DNA of 64,000 bases from Octopus sinensis (GCF_006345805.1 NW_021836163.1:4229-68228); one strand, 5' to 3'; positions 1-14,422 are shown, counted from the stretch's first letter. Program-made: numbers and translations. The notes: a model not told the origin generated them from the sequence alone.

Positions 1-2621
1 GATCCGCCGGTACGAGAAACGCCAGCGCTTCTTTGAACAAAACAAAAAGTTCAACTCCAACCCCAAAAAGTTCTACCAAGAACTTGGCAAAAATAAATTA
101 GAAATCACTGCAGCACCAACGGCAGAAGAAGTGGAAGAATTCTGGAGAGAAATATGGTCGGCGAACGAACAACCAAAAAAAAGGAGTATCAAAATAACAA
201 ACTCGGCATCTGATCAACTTTGGACCCCCATAACAACTGAAGAGGTCACCCAGGCACTGCAAAGAAGGCACCTGGGCATGACAAGATCCCCAACTTCTGG
301 TTGAAATATCTAAAAGGAATGCACAAAAAGCTGGCTGAAAACTTTAACAACATACTAGTAGAGCCAGAGACAATGCCTGAATGGCTCACGAACGGGAAAA
401 CTATCTTAATTCCCAAATCAAATGAGACAGCAAAACCAGAAAACTACAGACCAATAACCTGTCTCCCTACAATGTACAAGGCATTTACTGCAGTGATATT
501 GCAAAGGTTGAACAAGCACCTGGACGAAAAACAACCTGTTTCCAGAAGAGCAGAAAGGATGCCGCAAAGGCTCATATGGCTGTAAAGATCAACTAATGAT
601 TAATAAAGCCATAACTGAAGACAGCCACAGAAAGAAGAAAGGCCTCAGTATGGCCTGGATCGACTACAAAAAGGCGTTTGATAGCATCCCCCACCCATGG
701 ATCCTCGAAACACTAGCCATTAACAAAGTAGCACCAACAATCATAAAATTCATAGGGCACTCTATGAATAAATGGCAAACAGTGCTACACCTCCAAACAA
801 AAGAGGGACTCATGAAAACCAAAGACATCCCCATTAGAAGAGGAATATTCTAGGGAGACACGCTCTCTCCACTCCTTTTCTGCTTGGCACTGTCACCCCT
901 ATCTGATATGCTAAATAGAACTGGATGCGGATATAAATGTTACGGCAAAACGATCAGCCACCTTTTATATATTGATGACCTAAAACTATACGCTGCAAAT
1001 GACAAACAGCTGGAAACACTATTAAAGACAGTTGATGGATTTAACAAAGAAATAGATATGAAATTTGGATTAGAAAAATGCGCCAAAGTAACCCTGAAAA
1101 GAGGAAAACTAGTTAAGTGTAGCAACATCACACTAGATAAAACCAATGAAATAAAAGAATTAGACCAAAGCCAAACTTACAAATACTTAGGAATCCATGA
1201 ACTAGATAAGACACAACACACACAAATGAAAGAGAAAATAAAAAAAGAATATTATAGACGAGTTAGATCAATACTAAAAAGAGCTCAATGCTAAAAACAA
1301 GATAATAGGTATTAACACTTTAGCTGTCCCAGTTATAAGTTACAGCTACAATATCCTTAACTGGACACTAAATGAACTGACCAAAATAGATAGGAAAACA
1401 AGAAAAATAATGACAGGATCTAGGATGCATCACCCAAAATCTGACATAGAAAGACTATATATACAACGTACAGAAAGTGGTAGAGGCCTTATACAACTGA
1501 AAAACTACTATAAAATAACCACCATAGGATTGCAAAAATATCTACTTCAGAAGGAAGGAAAACTGATACAAATAGCGGCAAAACACGAGCAAAACAAAAA
1601 ACTGTTCTCAGTATTTAAGGAAGCTGACAAATACAAACAAGAAATCATACCACCTAATAAATATGAAGAAGAAGAAGAAGAAGATGAAGAAAACAAAAGC
1701 TATAAAACAATGAAATCCAAACTAAAATAAAACAGCAACGAACCATGATAAAACGATGGCAAGAAAAGCCCCTTCATGGTAAATACTGGACTAAACTAAA
1801 TGCAAAAGAAATAGACAAAGAAAAATCCCAGCAGTGGTTGAGAAGCTCAGGACTCAAAGCAGAAACAGAGGGATTTTTAATTGCAGCACAAGACCAAAGC
1901 CTCCCCACCAGAAATTACCAAAAACATGTAATGAAAAGAAATATAACAAGTAACTGCAGAATATGTGGAGTTGGACAAGAAACAATAAATCATATTATCT
2001 CTAGCTGCCCAGTCCTGGCTAAGAAGGAATATATTCACAGACATGACAGGGTTGGAACCTACATACATTGGAAGCTATGCCAACATTATGGAATAACAAC
2101 TGAAAAAAGATGGTATAGGCACACACCAGAAAAGGTCACAGAAAACGAGAAAGCAACCATACTCTGGGATATGCCGATACACACAGATAGAAAAATTAAG
2201 GCCAACAGACCAGATATAGTTGTCAGAGATCATGAAAAAAAAAAATGCTTTCTAATTGATGTATCAACACCGGCTAATGTCAACGTGTCTCTAAAAGAAA
2301 TGGAGAAACTCTCAAAATACAAAGACCTGGAAATAGAGGTAACCAGAATGTGGAACCTATAAACAGAAACAATTCCTATCATAGTAGGTGCATTAGGCAT
2401 GATAAAAAAATATTCAGACAAATACATAACAAAAACACCAGGACTTACAAACACATATAACATACAAAAAATTGCACTACTAGGCACTGCACACATCCTA
2501 CGCAGAACACTTTCCATACAATAACCATCAGAGCATCACAACAAAACACAGCACATACCCAAGGCACACAGAGCTGCGCTCGGTAGTGAAGTGAAAGCAC
2601 GTTATAAAAATAAAACTACTG
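1..2621 (+). mobile_element. R4/Dong-clade non-LTR retrotransposon (family A), decayed; RT + CCHC zinc knuckle + restriction-like endonuclease; runs off the window start
   Basis: Fragmented ORFs 301-2362 carry YRPITCL, WIDYKKAFDSIPH, RRGIF*GDTLSP (stop at 851-853), HLLYIDDLKL, CRICGVGQETINHIISSC, RHD, RPDIVV..LIDV and KLSKY. The 3' UTR ends ...AAAACTACTG, followed directly by (AAT)n at 2622. Confidence 0.93.
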
Positions 2622-2865
2622 AATAATAATAATAATAATAATGATATTGTATATGATTTGAGATGTTTGCCTTGCTTTAATGTTTGTTGTCCTCTTTAAA
2701 CAATTATATATCCGCCATATCGGAAATCTGCAATGGCTCCATAACAACCGTCTCGGCTATAACCTTGGAGCTCTAGTAATCCGTTACAACACTTACCTAG
2801 CGTACCTAATCGTTTTAAACCCCCATATTTTTTGTGTGTGTATGTATTTATATATATATATTTAT

Positions 2866-2922
2866 TTTATTTTATTTTATCTTGTTTCAGCTCACGAGCT
2901 GTGGCCATGCTGGGGCACTGCC
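2866..2922 (-). mobile_element. 3' tip of a CR1-like LINE or tail-sharing SINE
   Basis: The minus strand reads GGCAGTGCCCCAGCATGGCCACAGCTCGTGAGCTGAAAC plus (TAAAA)n, closely matching the LINE tail at 54557-54600. Confidence 0.6.
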
Positions 2923-2969
<47 letters not shown>

Positions 2970-4009
2970 TATATATGTATGTTTATATATATATATGTAT
3001 ATATATACAAACACACACACACACTCATAAATATGTAATACACACACACACACACACACTCATGAACACACATTTAATATACACACGCATTTACTAAAAT
3101 ACAGGAATCATGATAAAAGGAAAGGTAAAGAATATAAATACCAGAAAAAAGTAAGTATAAAAATAAAAAAATAAAAAACAGAGCAAGATAAAAGTAATAC
3201 GCAAAAAAAAAATGATTTTTAAAAAAATGCCAAACTATTTGTGAGATGAATTAATGGCGCGTATTGTTTGTCGAAATGGAATATGAAGTTAGCTTCGAAA
3301 TTAGATAATATTAACTTAGCAACGGTAATTAGAGAGGCTGGACTCGGTTAGCAACCGGCGAGTTAATTGGTCGGAGCTGAAGTTGCTAGGGCTGAGAGAA
3401 TGTCATTAGATCTCGCTGACATGTTTTATCATAAATTTTATTGCTGTTGTTGTTGTTATTGTTGTTGTTGTTGTTGTTGTTGTTGGTGGTGGTGGTGCCT
3501 GTTGCTGTGTGAACGTGACTGTGTGTGTGTGTGAGTGTGCCTCTGTGTGTGTGTGTTATTCTGTAATTGTGTGAAACCGTGTGTCTGTATGTGATTGTGT
3601 GTGTAGCTTTGTGTGTGCGTGTGTGTGTGTGTGTGTGTATGAGAGAGAGAGAGAGAGAGAGGGAGTCTGTATGTGTTAGCGTGTGTGTGTGTATGAGACA
3701 GAGAGAGAGCGAGAGAGCGAGAGCGAGGGAGTCTGTATGTGTTAGCGTGTGTGTGTGTACGTGTGTGTTTGCTGCGGTTGTTTAATACCAGGTCAGCCCT
3801 GATATAAGTTCCATCCGTGCCCATCCCGTCTCTTACACATCTGACATAAGATTGCAGGGCATTCTCTTCGTCATTTGCCAATCGAAGGCCACAATTATTT
3901 TTTCAGCATCCTTCCACAGTATCTCTCCTCCCCCCCTCTTGTGCCGCCGGGTAACATTTGATGGCACCAACGAAAATCCAGGTTCTTTTGCTTCACATTG
4001 TCTTTATCA

Positions 4010-4041
<32 letters not shown>

Positions 4042-4319
4042 CTTCTTCTTCTTCTTCTTCTACCTCCCCCTCCCCCTCCTCCACTCCTCCCCCTCCTCCT
4101 CCCCACTCCCCCCTCCTCCTCCCCTCCTCCTCCCCTCCTCCTCCCCTCCTCCTCCCCCTCTCCACTCCTCTCCTCTCCTCTCCTTCCTCTTCCTTCCCTC
4201 TTCTTCTTCCTCCCTTCCTCCTCTCCTTCCTCTTCTGTCTCTTCCTTTTCTTCCTCCTCCTCCTCGTCTTCTTTTTCTTCTTCTTCCTCGTCCTCGTCTT
4301 CCTCGTCGTCCACCACTTC

Positions 4320-4478
4320 CTCGGCAAAAGAGACCGACAGAATAAGTACCAGGCTTGAAAAATAGGTCCCGGCGGTGTGGGGGTGGAGTGGGAGAGGTCT
4401 ATTCATTCGACAAAGACATTCCTCAAGGCAGCGGTGCCCCAGCATGGCCGCAGTCTAATGACTGAAACAAGTAAAAGT
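4320..4478 (+). mobile_element. SINE 3' half
   Basis: TTCGGCAAAAGAGACCGA...GCGGTGCCCCAGCATGGCCGCAGTCTAATGACTGAAACAAGTAAAAG; this tail recurs many times in the window. Confidence 0.75.
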
Positions 4479-4937
4479 TAAGCGATGTCAGCTGCATGTC
4501 TCCGCCGTATCTACGAAACGCAATTATTCTGCTTCTTTCTCCAATCCACCAATCCCTGCTCTCTTCAGGCTTCTGAAGTCTGATGCCAACCACCTGAGCC
4601 ATCCAAGTTCTTTGCTGGTCATCCACGATACCCTTTCTCTACTTGAAGTGTCCTACATTGTCACGCTCGTGTCCTACACGATTCCATAAAACCTTTGTAT
4701 TCCAAACGTTTCCCTTCATAAACCCCCTGGATTTTACTTTCCCAAAGCACCGTCAACTCACCAGTAAGGAAATTTCCTGTCAAATGATATCCCGCCATAA
4801 TCTCAGAGTGGTTTCATTATTACAACATGTCTTAAACATTTCCTTCTTATCTGATTCCACCATAAAGCACTGGCTCAGGGACGAAGTTTGCTTAGGGGAT
4901 GCAAACCCAGGCCCGAGAATTTTTACAATTAAGGTTA

Positions 4938-5270
4938 TACTCTTTTACTCTTTTACTCTTTTACTTGTTTCAGTCATTTGACTGCGGCCATGCTGGAGCA
5001 CCGCCTTTAGTCGAGCAAATCGACCCCGGGACTTATTCTTTGTAAGCCCAGTACTTATTCTATCGGTCTCTTTTTGCCGAACCGCTAAGTGACGGGGACG
5101 TAAACACACCAGCATCGGTTGTCAAACAATGCTAGGGGGACAAACACAGACACACAAACACACACACACACATATATATATATATACATATATACGACAG
5201 GCTTCTTTCAGTTTCCGTCTACCAAATACACTCACAAGGCATTGGTCGGCCCGAGGCTATAGTAGAAGAA
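4938..5270 (-). mobile_element. tRNA-derived SINE body and tail with internal CA/TA microsatellite
   Basis: (TACTCTT)n tail followed by TTTCAGTCATTTGACTGCGGCCATGCTGG; homologous to 14935-15225, 21110-21238 and 13095-13255. Confidence 0.8.
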
Positions 5271-5659
5271 ATCTAATTCAAGGTACTTTTAACCGACCAC
5301 TTTTTAGTCACTGTAGGGGTGTAAATTTTGATTCTGCATTCCACAAAAATGTTAGGGGGTGCAAGCGCATCCCCTGCACCTCATACACCTCCTGCTCCCG
5401 AGCCCATGCCATGAAGTCAGCGTTACGTGTAAGTCTCGGTCTTAGTTCTTCGTCGTTTACACTCCACCATTGTCTTCTTTGATGTTCCCAACAATGACAT
5501 TCAAAAGCTGGTTACCCTGCCAGCCGCATTCTACAAAGGATTATTTACGTGTTGCCAGAGCATTCTCCAACGATTCCCCCTCCCACACGGATGGCAACAA
5601 CGGTACCATTCCAGCGCAACCATTGTACTTAAGCAACGCACGATATATTTCTAATAACG

Positions 5660-5868
5660 ATTTCAAATTTTGGTACAAAACCAATAATTTCAGAGGACGG
5701 GGACGGGAGTAGACTACGTTGAACCCCCCAGTGCTCAGCTGATATTTATTTTATCGACCCGAAAGGATGAAAGGTAAAGTCGACCTCAGTGGAATTTGAA
5801 CTCAGAACGGATGAAATGCCGGTAAGCATTTTATCTGGTATGGTAACGATTCTACCAGCTCGCCGTTT
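5660..5868 (-). mobile_element. tRNA-derived SINE (GGCGAGCTGGCAGAATCG family)
   Basis: Reverse complement of the 6499-6730 family: B-box-like GAGTTCAAATTCC and GTCGACTTTACCTTTCATCC. Confidence 0.75.
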
Positions 5869-6498
5869 TATATATTTCTAGTATTACAAATATCACAATG
5901 GACATTGCTCTAACAACTTTCATGGTTTCCTTTTCAACAACAATCGCAACGATAGCTTCCTTTGTTATGCTGTTCCTCATGTCGAGCATGCGCACTGACC
6001 ACACAGCCTCACCAGTTTAGTTTCATGCTCTTCCCCTTCAATCTGACGGAATTGTACACAATATACTCGGCCCAGATGTCTAACTATTCCAATACCAGTT
6101 CAAGTCCAGCTCATATTTCACCACACTCTCTTCCCTGTCCTTGTAATTCCGGACAATATCCCTTTATCCCATTTTCCGTTCCACTCCGGATCCTATTCAC
6201 CTCTTTCATTTTCAGATTACTTCCTGCCATCTTAATGCCTTCTCTCAAACTCATTTCCTGCCAGTACCATTTCTTGGATCACTCGGACAATCGATCCACT
6301 GAATCCGAAATCAGCAAACAGCAGTAAGACTTTTACTACCTTCACCTTTCCTATACACAATACAGTCGGAGATTCGCTAAACGATAAAATACAGCCCGTT
6401 GCCAATAGAGCAATCTAGGATACCAAGTCACTCTCACGAAGGAACTTAACATATTTTTCAATTCTCTCCACTCATATGAACGGTATTTCATGCATTTA

Positions 6499-6730
6499 AG
6501 GTGGCGAGCTGGCAGAATCGTTAGCGCGCCGGGCGAAATGCTTAGTAGTATTTCGTCTGCCGCTACGTTCTGAGTTCAAATTCCGCCGAGGTCGACTTTG
6601 CCTTTCATCCTTTCAGGATCGATTAAATAAGTACCAGTTACGTACTGGGGTCGATATAATCGACTTAATCCGTTTGTCTGTCCTTGTTTGTCCCCTCTGT
6701 GTTTAGCCCCTTGTGGGTAGTAAAGAAATA
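6499..6730 (+). mobile_element. tRNA-derived SINE with target-site duplication
   Basis: A-box-like TGGCAGAATCG and B-box-like GTTCAAATTCC. Flanked by GGTATTTC(A/G)TGCATTTA at 6482-6498 and 6731-6747. Confidence 0.85.
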
Positions 6731-7014
6731 GGTATTTCGTGCATTTAGCGAGTCCATGAGACCCTCGGTAAAAACTGAATAACACTAACACTGCACTTTG
6801 AAATTCTTTACTAAACTACACTTGACAAGGGCAGATAATCTCTGTGGCCCCTTAGCCTCAATCTCAAACGTACTCTGCAGAAACGGTTTTGGCTTTTAAT
6901 TATCTGCTCATTAGACGTTGGATCTGTGCCACTCCAGTCTCAGTGAGGGATTCTTTAACCTAACACTGCAATCACTACAACATTGGCTTTCATATGTGGC
7001 CGACATTGCTAAAA

Positions 7015-7529
7015 TCTCTAATATAAAACTGTAGTTGTGTGAGTGTCTGTCCCCTTCGATTTAGATTCCTAACTACTCCCACATTTTGCGGTGCAGTTTA
7101 ACCAAATTCGGGTATCTTATAGTCGTGATTCATATCGATCCCGTCTGAGTATTAGCTGTGTAGCTGTGGGGAAGGAAGTGTAAAGAAATCAACGTCGTAA
7201 AGCGTTGTCAAGGAGACCAGCGTTCTTTTAGAACAACGACTTCATGGCTTGAAGACACCAAAACAGAAAATGTCTACGATGAGTCAACGATTTAAAAAAA
7301 AATTTACCATCATTTTTTTCCATTTTAATGCATTTTTTCGCTATTATATAAGGGAAGTAACTCTCTAAAAATGTCTATGATGAGTCAACGATTTAAAAAA
7401 AAGATTTACCATAATTTTATTTCCATTTTTAATGCATTTTTTTTTGCTATTTTTTGGCTATAACTCTCTAAAAATGCTTATATAGTTATTTCCCTTACAA
7501 ACCCGAGCAACGCCGGGCGATACTGCTAG
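7015..7529 (+). mobile_element. Non-autonomous Helitron-like element
   Basis: Starts A|TC and ends with hairpin CCCGAGCAACGCCGGG then CTAG|T, with no TSD. The same 3' end occurs at 15585 and 63465. Confidence 0.8.
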
Positions 7530-9847
7530 TAGCTCATAAAACCAGATAAAGAGAGGTGTTGAGTTCGTTGTTTCTGGGATGTCCTTCACGTAGATGTTCT
7601 CTTGTTCCTCTCATCGTTCTTTTTGCAAACGTTTAATATTTTTAGGTTTTGCAAATAATTTATTGTCCTAGTTGAACGCTTCTTGCTTTCATTTGAATTC
7701 TTTTATCAAAGAAGTGCGTACGTGTGTGTTAATATCTATGTAAGTATGTATGTATGAATGTATGTATATGTACACACACACTTGTGCGCGCGCTTTTTGT
7801 GTATATGCACTTTAAACGTATCAAAACTGCGCAGTTTCTAATCTCCATGGCTGACGAATGGTGTTCCATGTTTAATTTGTTCTTCTGTAACGGTTTTCAT
7901 GTTTCATTTCGATTTTCCTTATGTATGTATGTATGTATGTATGTATGTATGTATGTATGTATGTATGTATGTATGTATGTATGTACGTATGTATGTATGT
8001 ATGTATGTAATTATACAGTTTATTTCAAGATTTCTTGCCAATAGAAAAAGAACCGGTTTCTAACCTAGATCAAAGACTCCTTCATTGGAATTTCAACATC
8101 AACAACAGAGCATTTTTGTTTGTTTGTGTGTATGTATGCTTGTATGTATGTATGTATTAGTTGCCAATTCTGTACAAGACATTGTAGATCTTTGGCTGGG
8201 CTAAAAAGTCACGTCCGATCACAGCACCGATAACAGTTAAGCTTCGTGCAATGGCCATACTCGATAAGGAGGGGGTAGCCATAATGTATGTATGTATGTA
8301 TGGATATTTGAACGTATGTATATATATATATATATGTATATATAACTTGTATTTCTTATGCATATGTATACACAGACACATAGATATAAGCCAATGTGTG
8401 TATCTTATTCCCCCTTGTATCACGTGTCCCCCCTTCCCTCCCTCCCACTCTACAAATTTATTTCTTTGTAGCTGCCCTTAAAATTATCGGTTGTTGTTTT
8501 GTAAGGGTGGATAATTCCTGTTTGTGATGGTGTTTGCGTAGACTTGCTGCTGGTCGTGGGTATCCAGTGGAAATGGCATTCTCGCCATTCAAATTCAGAA
8601 ACAAGTTTCAATAGAACAATTGATTTTCCATCGATCTTCCGGAGGTGATTGATGAATAAATAGTAACTTTATTATTTCTCTTCCAAATATCATAGACATG
8701 ACGTCTGTTAATTGTTGGAACTATTTAAACAACTTGACCGACGGCAGGCAACGGTCACTGATTTACTAAAACAAGAAAAATTTACATAATCTAATGTAGT
8801 GTAACATTTGAGGGTGCTTTGACTGCTATTTCTAGCAGTTAAAGGGAGCTTTCAGTTCAAAAATGTTTGTAAATGCTGAAATTTAATGAATGACTAATTA
8901 ATTTTTCAAAAACTAATTTTCTTGTTTAGTTATAAATTTAATTCTAATTACAATATCTTCTGTAACTCCCAATAAAAAATAGAACGGAGAGAGGATGTGG
9001 CAAGCCGTATAATTAAGAGATTCGTTTCGCAGCTACACACTTCCGGCTCGATTGCAGTCTGCGAGGACTCAGGCAAGTGAATTCTACTATAGCTTCACAC
9101 AAAGTATGCGTAAGATATACACACATGTTCTTCTCTCTTTCCACCTCTCTCTCCCCTCTCTTTCCTCTTCTCCATGTGCCATCTGTAAATATCTAAAGTA
9201 AAAACAAAATGAAATATGGAAACGATTGACGTAAAAAGGACGAATAAACAGGGGAAATCCTCTCATCAGCCGTAGAGACCAGGTCTGGCACAGTTTCAAC
9301 GCGTTGGAAGTTCAGGGACTTTGAATTCCATGGCACCATTCCCCTGGTTGCGCCAGTGACACTGGGTATTTGTGAGATAATGGGTGTATTGGAGGTTCCG
9401 GCGCGAATACCAATCAGTACAGTTTGTCGTTTCCAAATTTCTGGCGGAGTGAATTGTGTCATGGTGCTGTATTTCTGACAGGCGGTGCCCAACTGATCCT
9501 ACTATACTGTGTGGTCGACAAAATGTTTTTTATTTATTCATCATTACCCACGTTTCATTTGCTAATAGGAGCTACAAAGTTGTACATGTAGGTGAAACGT
9601 GTAAGATATCTCCTATCGAAAATTTTTTATTCAGAAAATGAACAAATATTTCATTAGTAAATGAAAGTGCAATGGTGAATGAAAAATAACAAACATTTTT
9701 CTAGTGTTGTGCTTTTATATATAGTTACTCTGCAAAAAATATTTCTTACAATTTTGAAATCCTATGTATGCCTTCCACAAATATAACATCTACATACAGA
9801 TTCGAATTACTGAAATAAGTCGATGTAATTCAAGAGCTCACAGCTTG

Positions 9848-9939
9848 GATTATCTACATTGGATATATCTACATTATCTACATTATCTACATTATCTACA
9901 TTATCTACATTGGATATTATCTACATTGGATATATCTAC

Positions 9940-9943
<4 letters not shown>
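9848..9943. repeat. 9-bp-based tandem repeat (TATCTACAT)n
   Basis: Tandem copies with interspersed TGGA variants. Confidence 0.85.
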
Positions 9944-10007
<64 letters not shown>

Positions 10008-10126
10008 GTGGTGTGTGTGTGGTGTGTGTGTGTGTGCGTTATAATGGTGGAGACCAGCCTCCCACATTATAATATTAACTGATCTACATCTTAGAGTGTG
10101 CTTCTCCGAATGTATGTTTTTCTACA

Positions 10127-10196
<70 letters not shown>

Positions 10197-10242
10197 GTGA
10201 TACTTTATTTTAATCAGTGCTGCTTAATATACCTCTAATTTG

Positions 10243-10287
<45 letters not shown>

Positions 10288-11480
10288 ATATATATGGAGA
10301 GAGAGAGAGATACAGACAGAGACACAGAGAGAGGGAGAGAGAGAGAGAAAGGGAGAAATCATAATGGACATGCAAATGAGAAAGAAAATGTGAATAGAAG
10401 GAAAGAAGAAGCAGGAAGTAGGTGAAGAAGTGGCGAACGAGGAAGCCGAAGGAAGAATGAACGATCTCCTCGTTATGCTGTCGTTTATATAATGGCAGCT
10501 GGGTGGAAAAGACGGATTGGAATAAATTCTCTATAATAGTATCCAATTTGCTGTCGATTCCTTCCTACGGACTATGTGAAATGAGATAGGCATTCAAAGT
10601 ATTTACCTATGTTCTACACATCAAGTGCAATCGTTTGCAACAGCTGCAACAATGCATCGGCGATGCAATAATTTCAATTTCTCGTACAACAGAACGAAGT
10701 ATTCCTGACGTCAGTTCAGCCTTGAATGTCGTCTGTTTCTGAGATTTTCTAGAACAGAATGGGTTCCCTTTCAATGCGCATGTCACTCGATTCCATGAAT
10801 TGCAGTTTGTTATCACCATTTCCGTTTTAAATATTCAGGCTGTGAAACTATCTCCGTTTTGGCAATGTTTTGGAATATAAATTGGTTTCATAATGATAGC
10901 ATTGAGCGAGTGTCAGCCTCATTAAACAGGAAGATATTTTCATTGAACCATATTCGTGACCAGGTTTCGGTTTTATATAGTAACTTGCTTCACTTTCTTC
11001 GCTTCCTCCACGCCGTCATCACATTTGTGAAAGACACAAATACCAACGTTTTCCATTTCCTAACGCTACCGCAAAAAGAACAGAAAAAAACCATTGTATC
11101 AAAAGTTCTTTGAAACATTCTGATGGAAAACTGACCTGTTCCAGTCGCACGAAGAGGAATCTTCGTAATGTAACAGCATTATCAACATCAACATCAACAA
11201 TAGCAACAGCAGCAACCGGTCGACGAGATGCTTTCTTTGAATTTTTCAATAAAAGGTCGAAATCCTGGGACTGAATGTCAACAAAATAGCTCTGTGCCAA
11301 ACGATCGTTGCTATAAAGACCGAAGAAAGTTGTCGTCCCTTCGCCTTTACGAGACTCCGTTAACCTTTGTCTCGAAGCCTATATTTCTCGGCCTTCATTA
11401 CAAAGATAAATTTAATCAATCGAATTGTAATCTGACCGTCTAAATAAAGTCTATATAGATATGTGTGTGTGTATATATAT

Positions 11481-11565
<85 letters not shown>

Positions 11566-11942
11566 CTCTCTCCATCAAATCGACGAGTTGTCTGAACTGG
11601 TGCACAAGTGTGCCACGCGTTAGGTGAGATGAAGTGTTTTGCTCAAGAATACAACGCATCAACCGGCCTAGGAATTGAAACTACGATCTCGCGATTGCAA
11701 CTCCAATACCCTAACCAAAAGGCCATGTGCAAACACACACGCACGCACACACACGCACACACACACCACACATACATACATACATATACATACATACATA
11801 CACCACACACATACATAAATACATACATACATACACACACATACATACATACATACATATATACATACATACATACATACATACATACACACACACATAA
11901 ATACATACACACACATACATACATACATACATACATACATAC

Positions 11943-12017
<75 letters not shown>

Positions 12018-12037
12018 TTTCTTTATCCTAATAATTC

Positions 12038-12133
12038 CGACTTACAGCTGTTTCCAGTAGTCTTTATAGGTTCGTTAACAACAGATTTACTCAGTCGGTC
12101 CAGTGATCGCCTGAGAAAAATCGGTCAGAGTCA
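12038..12133 (-). ncRNA. Degenerate type I hammerhead ribozyme motif
   Basis: Minus strand: GACT-CTGACCGA-...-GAAAC-AGCT-GTA-AGTC. Stem I pairs and stem III is the palindrome ACAGCTGT, but the core has a 1-nt insertion and stem II pairs poorly. Adjacent to (TA)n. Confidence 0.45.
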
Positions 12134-12354
12134 TTTCTGGTTATGAGGAAGAACACTGAAGGAATGGTGCAGACATGTTTTTTGGGGGAGGGAGCGAATA
12201 AGCATAGGGTGAGTGTAAGAGAGAGGGAGAGGAGAAGGGAAGAGGAAGAGGAAAGGGGGAAAGTGATGGTGTGGAAGAGAGGAGCTTCGTATTGTTGGTT
12301 AGAAACCAGTTCCTTCCTGAGAGGAAGATTCTAAATAAATGAAGACAGAAATAA

Positions 12355-12540
12355 CACACATACATGCAAGCGTACATACACACATACATACACACACACA
12401 CACATACATACATACATACATACATACATACATACATACACACACATACATACATACATACATACATACATACATACATACATTCAAACATACATACATA
12501 CATATACATACATACATACATATACATACATATACATACA

Positions 12541-12572
<32 letters not shown>

Positions 12573-12830
12573 CATACATACATACACACACACATACATA
12601 CATACATACATACATACACACACACACATACATATATACATACATATACATACATACATACATACACACACACATACATACACACACACATACATACATA
12701 CATACATACATACATACATACATACATACAAACATACACACATACACACATACACACATACATACATACATACATACATACATACATACATACATACATA
12801 CATACATACATACACACACATACATACATA
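12355..12830. repeat. (TACA)n/(CA)n compound microsatellite
   Basis: Direct inspection. Confidence 0.95.
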
Positions 12831-13094
12831 CTCACGTACACACATATGCATATAAAGATGAAAGACAACATGTACATACAGTCGCATTCACCCCCTTTCC
12901 ACACACACACACATGCACAACGTGGATGTGTGTCCCCTTAGAACTCACTGTTCCATAAATAAAGTATTTCTCTAAAATCCTTTATCGAACTCGCTATTTC
13001 CTAAGTATGCTTTTACTTTCTCAATGTTTTTTAATTAATCTAATACAGCTACTGGGTCATCCAGAAATCTGGTATAATGAAATGAAGTATGCGT

Positions 13095-13255
13095 TGGGCT
13101 TCTTTTAGTTTCCGTCTACCAAATCCACTCACAAGGATTTGGTCGGCCTGAGGCTATAGTAGAAGACACTTGCCCAAGGTGCCACGCAGTGAGACTGAAA
13201 CCGGAACCATGTGGTTGGTAGCAAGCTACTTACCACACAGCCACTCCTGCGCCTA
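13095..13255 (-). mobile_element. tRNA-derived SINE 5' part
   Basis: Minus strand AGGCGCAGGAGTGGCTGTGTGG...GGTTCCGGTTTCAGTCTC...GGCACCTTGGGCAAGTG; overlaps in sequence with the copy at 5200-5270. Confidence 0.75.
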
Positions 13256-13454
13256 TATATATATATATATATATATTAATCAATATTAGGGTAGCAAAAA
13301 ATTCAATAGAAATTATTTTGCCACCAGCGGTCTAGTGAGAAAGAGGAAATAGTCAGAGACTATAAATAAATTCAACAACAATTGCGGTTGGAGTCCTGGC
13401 TGCTCTTTCTAGTGGGTCGAACGGCCTATTGTGGCCGTTTCTCAATTGTTGTTG

Positions 13455-13490
<36 letters not shown>

Positions 13491-13491
13491 A

Positions 13492-13525
<34 letters not shown>

Positions 13526-13553
13526 TCTCTCTCTGTTAATTTTTTTCGTCTTC

Positions 13554-13589
13554 CTTTCTGTTGAAGTGCGTAGGCTCGAAACGTAAAAG
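13554..13589 (+). ncRNA. Minimal type I hammerhead-like motif with CUGUUGA core variant, in a Penelope-like pLTR fragment
   Basis: CTTT-CTGTTGA-A-GTGC GTAG GCTC-GAAAC-GTA-AAAG. Stem I is 4 bp and stem III is the minimal palindrome ACGT. The element (about 13525-13682) lies between (TA)n tracts. Confidence 0.6.
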
Positions 13590-14045
13590 AGTTTCTCACC
13601 TTAACGAGCGTTAAACTAACACACCTGTCTGTTGTTTATACACCTCTCTTAATCTTTTGTTTTTCTCTAAATTCCAACTACATATATGTATGTATATATA
13701 TATATATATACATGTGTGAATGTGTATGCACCTATATACGCATATGTGTCTGTGTGTTTATGTGGGTGATATTATGCATGTTTATAAGTGTGGGGTGGTT
13801 TGTGTGTATATATGTGTATGTGAAAGTGTATGAGACTGTGTGTGTGATAGAGAGAGAAAATTTTTAAGTATATGAATCTGTGTGAGTGTGTTGTGTTTAA
13901 TTATGTATGAGCAGAGTATGAAGATGTGGGCGAATGAGGCCTGGTATGGTGTGATTGTGTGTGCTAGCATGTGCCTAAGTATGTGTGTTAGTTCGTGTTT
14001 GTGTTGGTATGTGTGTGAATGTAACTCTCTTTTAACGTATCAATT

Positions 14046-14079
<34 letters not shown>

Positions 14080-14270
14080 CGCGTTTCTCCAACGCAATTG
14101 CAAATCATTGGAAGAAAATGCAAAGAAATCATTTTTAATATCGAAGCCGTAAGAATGTCATTTGTGGATGGGCAGTTTATCTGAAATATGACACATTAAA
14201 GTAAATTGAACACACAGACAGACACATTGACACACATACACACACTACACACATAGACAGACACACAGGT

Positions 14271-14361
<91 letters not shown>

Positions 14362-14391
14362 ATAGATAGACAGAAAGATAGATAAATAGAC

Positions 14392-14422
<31 letters not shown>

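Noticed and set aside
9255-9275. Minus-strand CTGATGA core
   Set aside because: No matching GAAAC-NUH-stem I half found downstream.
10600-11440. Possible host coding exon in unique sequence
   Set aside because: Only short ORFs, with no recognisable domain or convincing splice pair.
13414-13442. Minus-strand GAAAC-GGCC..GGCC-GTT hammerhead 3' half
   Set aside because: The 5' core is absent, cut off by the TA tract; not a complete ribozyme.
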